DNA of 63,930 nucleotides, counting the filler, from an uncultured bacterium (GTDB lineage: Bacteria > Auribacterota > CAZIXI01): NCBI GenBank assembly GCA_964543115.1. It is 8 parts of 8 records of this genome, joined end to end, with 100 filler letters (N's around TTAATTAATTAA, not from the genome) between each part and the next. Parts side by side here need not be neighbours in the genome. Positions count along the whole stretch, not along the records: positions 1 to 8,064 come from CAZIXI010000159.1; 7 more parts are not named here. One strand, written 5' to 3'. Numbering within the stretch: the first letter of the stretch is position 1; the number at the start of each line of letters is the position of its first letter. The notes beneath the pieces were generated by a model, which saw only the letters and a program-made list of their open reading frames with translations, did no database searches and was not told the origin of the DNA. Position numbers and translations under genes: made by a program. Below, in pieces: positions 1 through 8,164 of the stretch.

Positions 1-1141
1 CCGGCTGGGCGTATTCTTTCGTAAAGTTTATTACCGTTTTGATGTCGCCGTTAGGTATTGTAATTACCCGGCCTTCGCAGTCCCTCAACGTAGTTATTCT
101 CAGATTGATGTTTTCCACCAGGCCGCCGTGTTCGCCTATCTTAACCACATCATTTATGCGAAATTGCCCTTCGATCAGAATAAACAATCCGTTAATTAGA
201 TCCCGGATAAGATATTGTCCGCCGAAACCAAACGCCAAACCCACTATGCCGAGGCCGGCAAGCAGCGGGGCCACATTTATGCCGTGATTTTCTAATATTA
301 AGTAGAACATAGTACAGATAATGACGATGCCGCCCAGCCAGTTAAAAAGTTTACTGACTGTTTTCATTCTTAGTACTATCTCGTTTTCTCTTTCCATGCT
401 TTTCCCGGTAATTAACCCTTCAAAATATCTTATTATAAGTTTCAAAAATAAAAATGAAAGTATCCCGATGCCTATTATAATCAGGGAAGACATTGATTTT
501 TCAAAAAAACTGCGCTTGGCCGCTTTCTCTTTTTTTATGTCCGCGAGGGCTTTCTGCAGGGCGGCTATTTTGTTTTCATTGGCGGCAATAGCATCTTTTG
601 CCGCTTTTGCCCGGGCCTCAGCGGCAGTAAGTTTTTCCTTGGCGGATGTGAATTCCCTTTCCAGCTGTTTCGCCTCAACAGTCAGCCTTTCCGCTTCCGC
701 CAGGGCCTTACTGTCTTTTGTCTTTTCGGCTTCTTTTTTGGCTGACTCTGCTTTTTCCTCCGCTATTATTGCCGCCTGTTCCTTCATTATTACTTCTTTT
801 TCCAGCTCTAATTTTTCCGAAGCGGCCTTTTGCTCCTCTCTTTTAGACTCTGCCGTTGTATCCTTTTGTTTTTTCAAGGTTTCCTGCATGGACTTTTTAT
901 CCTGATCCAGTTTTTTTATCTCTTCTTTACGCTCATTAACAGGCTTTGCGGGTTTCGCGGGCTGCGCCCGTGCGGCGTCTTCTTTTGCTTCTATATTGGG
1001 TTTAGTATTGTCGGTGGAAATGGTCTGTTCAGGAGCCGTAGTTACATCTTGGGCGGAAGAAGCATCGTTAAGCCCTGAAAAGAGTGCTAATATTAAAACA
1101 GCAGATATCGCAGAAAGCCTTAATATAAAATGTTTTTTCAT
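1..1141 (-). CDS. mscS: MscS-family mechanosensitive channel with N-terminal signal-like segment and long coiled coil (3' end runs off window)
   Basis: Manually translated minus frame, absent from the ORF track: ATG at 1141 with GAGG RBS; MKKHFILRLSAISAVLILALF, K/E/A-rich coiled coil, then LLAGLGIVGLAFGFGGQYLIRDLINGLFILIEGQFRINDVVKIGEHGGLVENINLRITTLRD, the MscS core. Confidence 0.88.
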   Translation of the reverse strand, partial: MKKHFILRLSAISAVLILALFSGLNDASSAQDVTTAPEQTISTDNTKPNIEAKEDAARAQPAKPAKPVNERKEEIKKLDQDKKSMQETLKKQKDTTAESKREEQKAASEKLELEKEVIMKEQAAIIAEEKAESAKKEAEKTKDSKALAEAERLTVEAKQLEREFTSAKEKLTAAEARAKAAKDAIAANENKIAALQKALADIKKEKAAKRSFFEKSMSSLIIIGIGILSFLFLKLIIRYFEGLITGKSMERENEIVLRMKTVSKLFNWLGGIVIICTMFYLILENHGINVAPLLAGLGIVGLAFGFGGQYLIRDLINGLFILIEGQFRINDVVKIGEHGGLVENINLRITTLRDCEGRVITIPNGDIKTVINFTKEYAQP

Positions 1142-1178
1142 AAAACCTCGCTATTGTTGGGATTCCTTTTTCTTCGGG

Positions 1179-1208
1179 GCAGTTCTAAGCGAAGCTTGGA
1201 ACTGCTAT
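1179..1208. repeat. REP-like hairpin GCAGTTCTAAGCGAAGCTTGGAACTGC
   Basis: Imperfect palindrome; 20/24 identity to the element near 25215-25239. Confidence 0.6.
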
Positions 1209-1759
1209 TCTTCTATTTGATTAAAAATATCGTTTTGCGGCAGAGAATCGGAACGGTGGTGCGGCTTCCCTTTGACGATGCCTTCAGCGGACTTTAGCCA
1301 GAGGGAATTCCCCTGGTCATCATAGAAATTAATCACGACAAAGACTTTTGCGCCGGCTTCCAATTGCGGGCCGTCCCAGGCGCTCAAGGTTATTCTCTTT
1401 TCTCCAGCGCCGGTTATTTCCCCCGACCAGGGTATTGGTTCCAGATCTCCTCTCTGGATGCCGCAGGTAAGGAGATACTTTTTATTGTTACTATCGTAAA
1501 GATAGCAGAGATGTTTTAGGATTATTGTTTTTGCGGAAGAATTATTGAAGGTAATATCGATTTTCGCGTGCAGAGGCTCAAATGTCTTTATTCCAATACC
1601 GATCTGGCGGGTAAAGCGGCAATTGCTGATGGCAATCTGACACGCTCCTAAAGAGCCGGAGCTCTTTAATGAAGAAATATCGGTTGGCTGGGCGGATAAA
1701 AATCCTGTTATGGTAAGTAATACTAAAGAAAGAACGGGGTAAAGTAATTTTATCCGCAT
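1205..1759 (-). CDS. Hypothetical exported protein
   Basis: Signal-peptide-like MRIKLLYPVLSLVLLTITGFLSAQ; start chosen at 1759 rather than the 1840 in the track, which overlaps fba. Confidence 0.6.
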   Translation of the reverse strand: MRIKLLYPVLSLVLLTITGFLSAQPTDISSLKSSGSLGACQIAISNCRFTRQIGIGIKTFEPLHAKIDITFNNSSAKTIILKHLCYLYDSNNKKYLLTCGIQRGDLEPIPWSGEITGAGEKRITLSAWDGPQLEAGAKVFVVINFYDDQGNSLWLKSAEGIVKGKPHHRSDSLPQNDIFNQIEE

Positions 1760-1784
1760 AATTTCTGTTTGGATCATTTCCTTG

Positions 1785-2792
1785 CTATACCCTGCCGGCG
1801 GAACCAAGCACCTTTTCGTTTTTGTGCTTATACATCTCAATTAGCGCCAGGCGGGCCGGGCCGAGATATTTTCTTGGATCAAAATCAGCCGGTTTGTCAT
1901 TAAAGTGTTTCCTGATGGCGGCAGTCATCCAGAGCCGGCCGTCAGAATCGATATTAACCTTACAGACGGCGGATTTGGTGGCCTTCCGCAATTGTTCTTC
2001 CGGAATGCCCACGGTATCCTTTAAGGCCCCGCCGTTTTCGTTAATCAGTTTAACCGCTTCCACGGGGACGGAAGAAGAACCGTGCAGGACAATGGAGAAT
2101 CCCGGTATTTTTTTCTCCACCTCTTCCAGGATATCAAATCTCAACTCCGGCGGAACATAAACGCCGTCGGCGTTTTTCGTGCATTGTTCCGGCTTGAATT
2201 TATTGGCGCCGTGCGAGGTGCCGATAGAAATGGCCAGGGAATCCACGCCGGTTTTTTTAACGAATTCAATAACCTCTTCCGGTTTGGTATAGGTGGTTTT
2301 TTCCGCGACCACCTCGTCTTCGATGCCGGCCAGAACACCCAGTTCTCCTTCCACGGTGACATCATATTGATGGGCGTAATCAACTACCTTTTTTGTCAGT
2401 TCAATGTTTTTTTCAAAAGAATGATGGGAGCCGTCAATCATTACCGAAGAAAAACCCGATTCGATACATGATTTACAAAGTTCGAAAGTGTCCCCATGGT
2501 CCAGGTGCAGGGCGATGGGGATTTCTTTCAGCCCCTTTTCCGCGGCCAGTGCCTTCATCATGGCCACCGCTCCCTGTCCCAGGTACTGCAGTAGCGTGCT
2601 ATTGGCGTACTTGCGGGCGCCGCTGGATACCTGCAGGATAACCGGTGACTGGGTTTCCACACAGGCAGTCACAATCGCCTGGATCTGTTCCATATTGTTA
2701 AAATTATATGCCGGAACGGCATATTTTCCTGCCAGCGCCTTTTTAAACATCTCTTTCGTGTTAACAAACCCTAAATCCTTATACTTTACCAT
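1785..2792 (-). CDS. fba: Class II fructose-1,6-bisphosphate aldolase
   Basis: AYNFNNME, LHLDHG, SSVMIDGSH, VEGELG, AISIGTSHG, VLHGSS, KVNIDSD motifs. Confidence 0.96.
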   Translation of the reverse strand: MVKYKDLGFVNTKEMFKKALAGKYAVPAYNFNNMEQIQAIVTACVETQSPVILQVSSGARKYANSTLLQYLGQGAVAMMKALAAEKGLKEIPIALHLDHGDTFELCKSCIESGFSSVMIDGSHHSFEKNIELTKKVVDYAHQYDVTVEGELGVLAGIEDEVVAEKTTYTKPEEVIEFVKKTGVDSLAISIGTSHGANKFKPEQCTKNADGVYVPPELRFDILEEVEKKIPGFSIVLHGSSSVPVEAVKLINENGGALKDTVGIPEEQLRKATKSAVCKVNIDSDGRLWMTAAIRKHFNDKPADFDPRKYLGPARLALIEMYKHKNEKVLGSAGRV

Positions 2793-2809
2793 CTTACACC
2801 TCTCTTGAT

Positions 2810-2869
2810 CCCGCCCTTTTGGATGTTACAAAAAAATATATATTATTTAATTTATCCAAAAAGGGCGGG
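2810..2869. repeat. Long inverted repeat upstream of fba
   Basis: CCCGCCCTTTTGGAT (2810-2824) and ATCCAAAAAGGGCGGG (2854-2869) around an AT-rich loop. Confidence 0.6.
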
Positions 2870-2949
2870 GCTTGCTAAGGACCCAAATTATAACGATAAA
2901 TGAATTAGCATATTATATCTTTTTCAGAAAAGTTTACAATCTTTTTTTC

Positions 2950-2978
2950 TTGACATGAGTGTTTTCTGGGCTTAGAAT
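2950..2978 (+). promoter_or_regulatory. Sigma70-type promoter of the cobalamin operon
   Basis: TTGACA-17 nt-TAGAAT immediately before the riboswitch. Confidence 0.7.
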
Positions 2979-2980
2979 TA

Positions 2981-3135
2981 CAAATCATAGGTAAGGGAAA
3001 CTCGTTAAATTCGAGTACGGTCCCGCCGCTGTAAGTAGGGACGAAATCTGCACTTAAGTCACTGTGCCGTAAATTGTTCGGTGTGGGAAGGCGCGGAGAG
3101 TAGGGTGATCTACGAGTCAGAAGACCTGCCTGTTG
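2981..3135 (+). ncRNA. Cobalamin riboswitch
   Basis: AGGGAA...CGGTCCCGCCGCTGTAAG...AGTCACTG...TGGGAAGG...GAGTCAGAAGACCTGCC consensus blocks, upstream of B12 uptake genes. Confidence 0.93.
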
Positions 3136-3204
3136 ACGATAGCAAAAATCTTCCGTGGTTAGAGGTTTTTTGCGCATTGGGTTTCTAAAAAATCAGGGTA
3201 TGAT

Positions 3205-3242
3205 TCCCAATCTCATTTATTGTGAGGTTGGGATTTTTTTTT
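3205..3242 (+). terminator. Intrinsic terminator of the riboswitch expression platform
   Basis: TCCCAATCTCA/TGAGGTTGGGA stem followed by a T run. Confidence 0.75.
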
Positions 3243-3310
3243 CCGCGAAGCGGGGCAGTTTATAACTATTCCTATAATAGCAACCCCGCGAAGCGGGGTA
3301 GTCAATGCCA
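3243..3310 (+). repeat. 43-bp REP-like unit with CCGCGAAGCGG hairpins
   Basis: GGCAGTTTATAACTATTCCTATAATAGCAACCCCGCGAAGCGG aligns without gaps to the 43-bp unit at 6186. Confidence 0.75.
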
Positions 3311-3439
3311 ATGTCTTTATTAATTTTTTCTTATCTGCTTGATCTGGTCTTTGGGGATCCGGAATGGTTGATGCATCCGGTAAGAGGAATGGGGAAATTT
3401 ATAGATGCCTTGAGAGGATTATCGTGGAACGTAGATTGA
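3305..3439 (+). pseudogene. cbiB: Truncated CbiB/CobD (adenosylcobinamide-phosphate synthase) N-terminal remnant, 44 aa
   Basis: MPMSLLIFSYLLDLVFGDPEWLMHPVRGMGKFIDAL carries the CbiB N-terminal LDxxxGDPxxxxHPV motif, then stops at 3437-3439. Confidence 0.75.
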
Positions 3440-3444
3440 AGGAA

Positions 3445-4339
3445 ATGTTAGCGGAATCTGTAAGCAGAAACAGGGCTGCCTGCCTGCTTTTATCAGGCGG
3501 CCTGGACACAAGTATTCTGGCCTTTTTAGATCCGAAACCATTGGCGATAACAGTGAGTTTTGAAGAAGCGGGAGAGGATATTAACTATGCCCGGCTGCTG
3601 GCAAAGCAATTAGGCCTGCGACACCATTGCCGGATTGTAAAAACCGGAGAAGCCTTGGCAGCTATTCCTGAAGTAATCAGGATCAGCAAAAGTTTCGACC
3701 CGGCGATTCCAAATGATATTGCCATTTATTTCGGCTTAAAAGAAGCTGAAAAATCAGGGGCGCGAACAATAATGACTGGTGATGGCAGCGATGAGATATT
3801 TGCTGGCTATTCTTACATGAAAGAGATGAAGGATTTAGCGGGGTATCTTAAAAAAATGAGTTCATTAATGAGATTTAATTCCAATCTGTTAGGCGAGTCC
3901 ATGAATATTAAAGTAAAACAGCCCTATTTAGACAAAGAGCTATTAAATTTTGCTGTTTCCCTGCCAGTCGAATATAAACTTAAGGAGGGAAGAGGTNNNN
4001 NNNNNNAAATGGATTTTGCGGAAGGCGTTTGAAAGCGATTTATCCAGAGAAATTATCTGGCAGCAAAAACGCCCGATCGAGCATGGTTCAGGAATGACAA
4101 ATCTAAGGCGGATTATCAGCGCGGGGATAAAAGACGAGGAAGTCAGGGAATATCCCGTTAGATTTATTAATAAAGAGCATGTTTATTATTACAAGGTATA
4201 TAGAGATGTTATCGGTGAAATACCAAAGCCGGAAAACGGAGAAAAAGAGTGTTCCGCTTGCGGCGCCGGAATGCTGAAGGACAGGAATCATTGCCGGGTT
4301 TGTGGAGGTTTAACGGTTGGTTTTTGGAGCTTTAAATGA
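3445..4339 (+). CDS. Stand-alone asparagine-synthetase C-terminal (N-type ATP pyrophosphatase) domain with C-terminal CxxC...CxxC ribbon; interrupted by N gap 3997-4006
   Basis: LSGGLDTS, MTGDGSDEIFAGY, PYLD, KWILRKAF, CSACG...CRVCG; no glutaminase domain; two track ORFs joined across the gap. Confidence 0.8.
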
Positions 4340-5192
4340 AAAGGAAGACGCGGTTACGATTACTTCTGGCAATAATATTTTTTCTCCCGTTAGCGGCAGA
4401 TGCCGCCCGGGGCGGGGAGGCGCCGGGCGCGGCCATCCCGCAGCAGATTATATCCCTGGGGCCGGCGCTGACAGAGGAACTGATCTTGCTGGGGGCGGGC
4501 GATAAAATTGTCGGGGTTACCACCTATTGTGTGCTGCCGGCTGATCTGCAGAAAATAGAAAGGGTGGGGACCGTTACTAATTTTGATCTGGAAAGAGTGG
4601 TTGCCCTGCGGCCGGACGTGGTTCTGGCCTCATCCTTAACCAACAGGGCCCAGGTAGAGAAATTAGCGGATTTAGGGATCAGGGTAGAGCCTTTTCCTTA
4701 CTACAAGAATTATCAGCAAATTTGCGCTGAGGCGCAATTGTCGGGCGGAAAAAAGAGGCGGAGAAGATTGTCCGGCTTGCGGGAGAGCGGGTAGAGAAAG
4801 TTGCCGGACAGACAAGTAATTTATCCCAACCAAAGGTTTTTTTACAGGTGGGTACCAAGCCGTTATTTACCGTCAGTGATCAATCCTTCGTTAATGATTT
4901 TATTAAGCTGGCCGGGGGTGAAAACATTGCCGCTGGCTCAGGAACCGGGATGTACAGCCGGGAAGAAGTGCTTAGACAGAATCCCGATGTGATTATTATT
5001 ACCGCAATGGGTCTTGCCGGAGAGAAAGAAAAACAAAAATGGCAGCAAATTCGGGAATTAAGCGCGGTAAAGAAAGGTCAAATTTATGTTATTGATCCAT
5101 ATAAAATCGGCAGCCCTACACCGCAGACCTTTGCGGCCATCCTGGCAGAGATAGCGGTGATGATTCATCCGCAGATAGAGCTTGAGGATTAA
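4336..5192 (+). pseudogene. btuF: BtuF-like cobalamin-binding protein, frameshifted near 4735
   Basis: Signal peptide, IISLGPALTEELILLG, VGVTTYC, ERVVALRPDVV; frame resumes as VGRKKEAEKIV...FVNDFIKLAGGEN...PDVII; frameshift or assembly error. Confidence 0.75.
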
Positions 5193-6197
5193 ATGCAAAA
5201 AAACTTAATCAAATGGGTTTTCTGCTTAGCTATATTATTAATAACACTAATTGCCGTCAGCTTATTTTCTCTGGTGCTTGGTTCCGCAGAGATCTCCTGG
5301 CGGAGGGTATGTTCATTTATCTTTTCTTCCGGCTCCGGGATGGAGCGCACTATTCTCCTGCATATCCGTTTACCGCGGATAGTGCTGGCGATTGCGGTTG
5401 GGGGCGGTTTGAGCCTGGCCGGGGTTATTTTCCAGGGGATGTTCCGTAATCCTCTAGTAGAACCGTATACTCTGGGAGTTTCCGGCGGGGCGGCCCTGGC
5501 CGTGGCCCTGGCTATTAGTTTAGGCGGGTGTTTATTTTTGCCGTTAGTGGGATTCCTGGGCGCGTTGGCTGCTGTTAGTTGTGTTTATTTAATTGCCGCC
5601 TGGCGCGGCAGCTGGCGGGTGACCATGTTATTACTGACCGGAGTAATGATCAGTTTTATTACTTCATCACTAATTATGTTTGTTATGTCTGTTTCCCGGG
5701 TAGAACAATTGCACGGAATTATTTTCTGGATAATGGGCAATCTGGGGGAAACCCAGTGGCCGGCGATCCTTATTGTTCTTATCGTTGTTGTCTTCGGTTT
5801 ACTGGCCAGCATTATTTTTTCCCGGGAATTAAATGCCCTGGCCCTGGGGGACGAAGAGGCGACGCATTTAGGGATTAATGTGGAGTTAACTAAAAGGATT
5901 TTATTTGTACTGGCGTCACTGGTTACCGGTTGTGTAGTGTCGGTTTCCGGGATTATCGGTTTTGTCGGCCTGGTAGTGCCGCATTTCTTGCGTTTATTTA
6001 TTGGTAATGATCACCGCTTGTTGATTCCGGCGGCGTTTCTGGGCGGGGGGATTTTTCTGGTGCTTAGCGATACCGTAGCGCGCACGGTGATTATGCCCTT
6101 ACAACTTCCGGTGGGGGTAATAACCGGCATTGTCGGCGGAATAATGTTTATTATTTTTTTAAGCCGTAAACGGTTTGTTCTCGGAGGCAGTCTATGA
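5193..6197 (+). CDS. btuC: FecCD/BtuC-family ABC permease
   Basis: IRLPRIVLA, FRNPLVEPYTLGVSGGA, GDEEATHLG, GIIGFVGLVVPH. Confidence 0.92.
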   Translation: MQKNLIKWVFCLAILLITLIAVSLFSLVLGSAEISWRRVCSFIFSSGSGMERTILLHIRLPRIVLAIAVGGGLSLAGVIFQGMFRNPLVEPYTLGVSGGAALAVALAISLGGCLFLPLVGFLGALAAVSCVYLIAAWRGSWRVTMLLLTGVMISFITSSLIMFVMSVSRVEQLHGIIFWIMGNLGETQWPAILIVLIVVVFGLLASIIFSRELNALALGDEEATHLGINVELTKRILFVLASLVTGCVVSVSGIIGFVGLVVPHFLRLFIGNDHRLLIPAAFLGGGIFLVLSDTVARTVIMPLQLPVGVITGIVGGIMFIIFLSRKRFVLGGSL

Positions 6198-6446
6198 TCA
6201 TTCCTATAATGGCAGTCCTGCGAAGCAGGGCAGTCTATGATCATTCCTATAATGGCAGTCCTGCGAAGCAGGGCAGTCTATGANNNNNNNNNNNNNNNNN
6301 NNNNNNNNNNNNNNNNNNNNNNNNNNNNNNNNNNNNNNNNNNNNNNNNNNNNNNNNNNNNNNNNNNNNNNNNNNNNNNNNNNNGGCAGTCTATGATCATT
6401 CCTATAATGGCAGTCCTGCGAAGCAGGGCAGTCTATGACCATTCCT
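6186..6446 (+). repeat. Tandem 43-bp repeats (at least 3 full copies, spanning N gap 6284-6383)
   Basis: Unit GGCAGTCTATGATCATTCCTATAATGGCAGTCCTGCGAAGCAG at 6186, 6229 and 6384, partial at 6272 and 6427. Confidence 0.9.
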
Positions 6447-6481
6447 CTACAGCAGCACCGAGCGCAGCGAGGGGGTAAATA

Positions 6482-7267
6482 ATGCTCACGGTTGGTGGGT
6501 TAGTAGCCGGATATCAGGACAGTGGATTTGCGCTGCAGGGAATTTCTTTTCAGGTTAGAGAGGGTGAACTGCTGGGGATTATCGGACCTAATGGTTCAGG
6601 CAAATCTACTTTGTTGAAAACTATCAGCAGAGTCATAAATTACCGGCAGGGTTCAGTTCAGCTTGCCGGCAGGGAAATAAACGGATACAGTTATCAGGCG
6701 CTGGCCCGGAAGATAGCGGTAGTCTCCCAGCAGGGAGATGTTCCGGCCCCGGGCCTGACCGTAGAGGAATTTGTCTTATTGGGCAGGACACCATACAGGA
6801 AGAAGCTGCAATTATTAGAAAGTAAAGATGACCGGCAGATTGCCGGCCAGATGATGGTGGCCGCTGATGTTTTGGCGCTGGCCGAGCGCGATCTTAGTCA
6901 GTTGAGTGGTGGTGAATATCAGCGGGCGGTAATTGCCCGCGCTCTTTGTCAGCAACCGCAATTACTGCTCTTAGATGAACCAACCACTCATCTGGATCTG
7001 GGTCATCAACGGGAAATCCTGGACCTGGTGAAAAAAATGAACCGGCAGGGCATAACGGTGATTATGGTGGTGCACGACCTTAATCTGGCTGCTGCCTATT
7101 GTGACCGGTTGTTGCTTTTAGCCAACGGCGGAATTCGGGCCGAAGGCCGGCCGGAGGATATCCTGCGGGCAGAGACCATTGCCGAAGTGTATCATACCCC
7201 GGTAGTCATCGCTAAGAATCCTGTTACCAGTAAACCGTTAGTCTGTCTAGCCGGACCCGGAGGGTAA
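6482..7267 (+). CDS. btuD: Cobalamin/iron-chelate ABC transporter ATP-binding protein
   Basis: GPNGSGKST, LSGGEYQR, LLLDEPTTHLD, VVHDLNLA. Confidence 0.9.
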   Translation: MLTVGGLVAGYQDSGFALQGISFQVREGELLGIIGPNGSGKSTLLKTISRVINYRQGSVQLAGREINGYSYQALARKIAVVSQQGDVPAPGLTVEEFVLLGRTPYRKKLQLLESKDDRQIAGQMMVAADVLALAERDLSQLSGGEYQRAVIARALCQQPQLLLLDEPTTHLDLGHQREILDLVKKMNRQGITVIMVVHDLNLAAAYCDRLLLLANGGIRAEGRPEDILRAETIAEVYHTPVVIAKNPVTSKPLVCLAGPGG

Positions 7268-7271
7268 AACA

Positions 7272-7868
7272 ATGGTTAAATTTTACATTATTCGTCACGG
7301 AGAAACTACTGCCACGGTTCGTGGACAATTCCACGGCACAATGGATGCTGAGCTCAGTCGAGAAGGTAAAGAACAGGTAAAGGCGCTAAATAAATATTTC
7401 CGCCGCCTGCCGGTTAGCCGGATCTATGTCAGTCCGCTGAAACGCTGCCGGCAGACCGCCGCGATTATAAAAGGCAGGCGCAATGTCCCGCTAACGATTA
7501 CCCGAGAGCTGCGGGAGATAGATTTCGGTAAATGGGAGGGGTTTACCCTGGCCCAAATGCAGCGGGATAATCCGCGTAAGTTACAGAGCTGGTTTAGTGA
7601 TTTTAGCGGTTTTAAGATGCCCGGCGGGGAACGGGTGAAGGATCTGATTGCCAGGGCCGCGGGGTTTTGGCGGCAGGTAAGCAAGCGGCATAAAAGCGGG
7701 AATATAATTATTGTCACTCACGGTGGGCCGGCAAAAATGATTATTATGAAAATATTGGGACTGGTTGGAAAGAAATTCTGGCAGTTTCATTTGAGTACCG
7801 CTTCTGTGAGTGTTATCGAGATAGTTGATGGAGTTCCAACTCTCAGGTGTATTAATTGCCAGGTATAG
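7272..7868 (+). CDS. cobC: Histidine phosphatase, probable alpha-ribazole phosphatase
   Basis: RHGET, SPLKRCRQTA, LREIDFGKWEG, VTHGG; B12 operon context. Confidence 0.8.
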   Translation: MVKFYIIRHGETTATVRGQFHGTMDAELSREGKEQVKALNKYFRRLPVSRIYVSPLKRCRQTAAIIKGRRNVPLTITRELREIDFGKWEGFTLAQMQRDNPRKLQSWFSDFSGFKMPGGERVKDLIARAAGFWRQVSKRHKSGNIIIVTHGGPAKMIIMKILGLVGKKFWQFHLSTASVSVIEIVDGVPTLRCINCQV

Positions 7869-7871
7869 ATA

Positions 7872-8064
7872 ATGAATAAAATCATCTTAATCGTCGGTGG
7901 TGCCCGCTCAGGCAAAAGTAGCTTTGCCGAGAAGCTGGCGCGCAAACTGGGCAAAAACCCGCTTTATCTGGCTGCCGCCCAGGCACAGGATAGAGAAATG
8001 CGCGCCAGGATCCGGAAGCACCGGCAGCGCCGGGGAAATAAATGGCAGCTTATTGAAGAGCCGG
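7872..8064 (+). CDS. cobU: Bifunctional adenosylcobinamide kinase/guanylyltransferase, N-terminal fragment cut by scaffold end
   Basis: LIVGGARSGKSSFAE...DREMRARIRKHRQRR...WQLIEEP. Confidence 0.9.
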
Positions 8065-8164
8065 NNNNNNNNNNNNNNNNNNNNNNNNNNNNNNNNNNNN
8101 NNNNNNNNTTAATTAATTAANNNNNNNNNNNNNNNNNNNNNNNNNNNNNNNNNNNNNNNNNNNN
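8065..8164. other. Artificial scaffold linker
   Basis: N44-TTAATTAATTAA-N44, stops in all six frames. Confidence 0.98.

Noticed and set aside
321..905. 194-aa plus-strand ORF
   Set aside because: Antisense shadow of the MscS coiled coil (S/F/L/A-rich mirror of K/E/A codons)
3364..3444. N-terminal extension of the asparagine-synthetase-like ORF from TTG 3364
   Set aside because: It overlaps the cbiB remnant in another frame; an AAGGA RBS supports ATG 3445
6186..6446. CRISPR array
   Set aside because: Units are head-to-tail identical with no unique spacers, and no cas genes are visible
8109..8120. Recurrent TTAATTAATTAA as a biological repeat, and ORFs ending in XXXLIN
   Set aside because: All-frame stop linker embedded in Ns; an assembly artefact repeated at each junction
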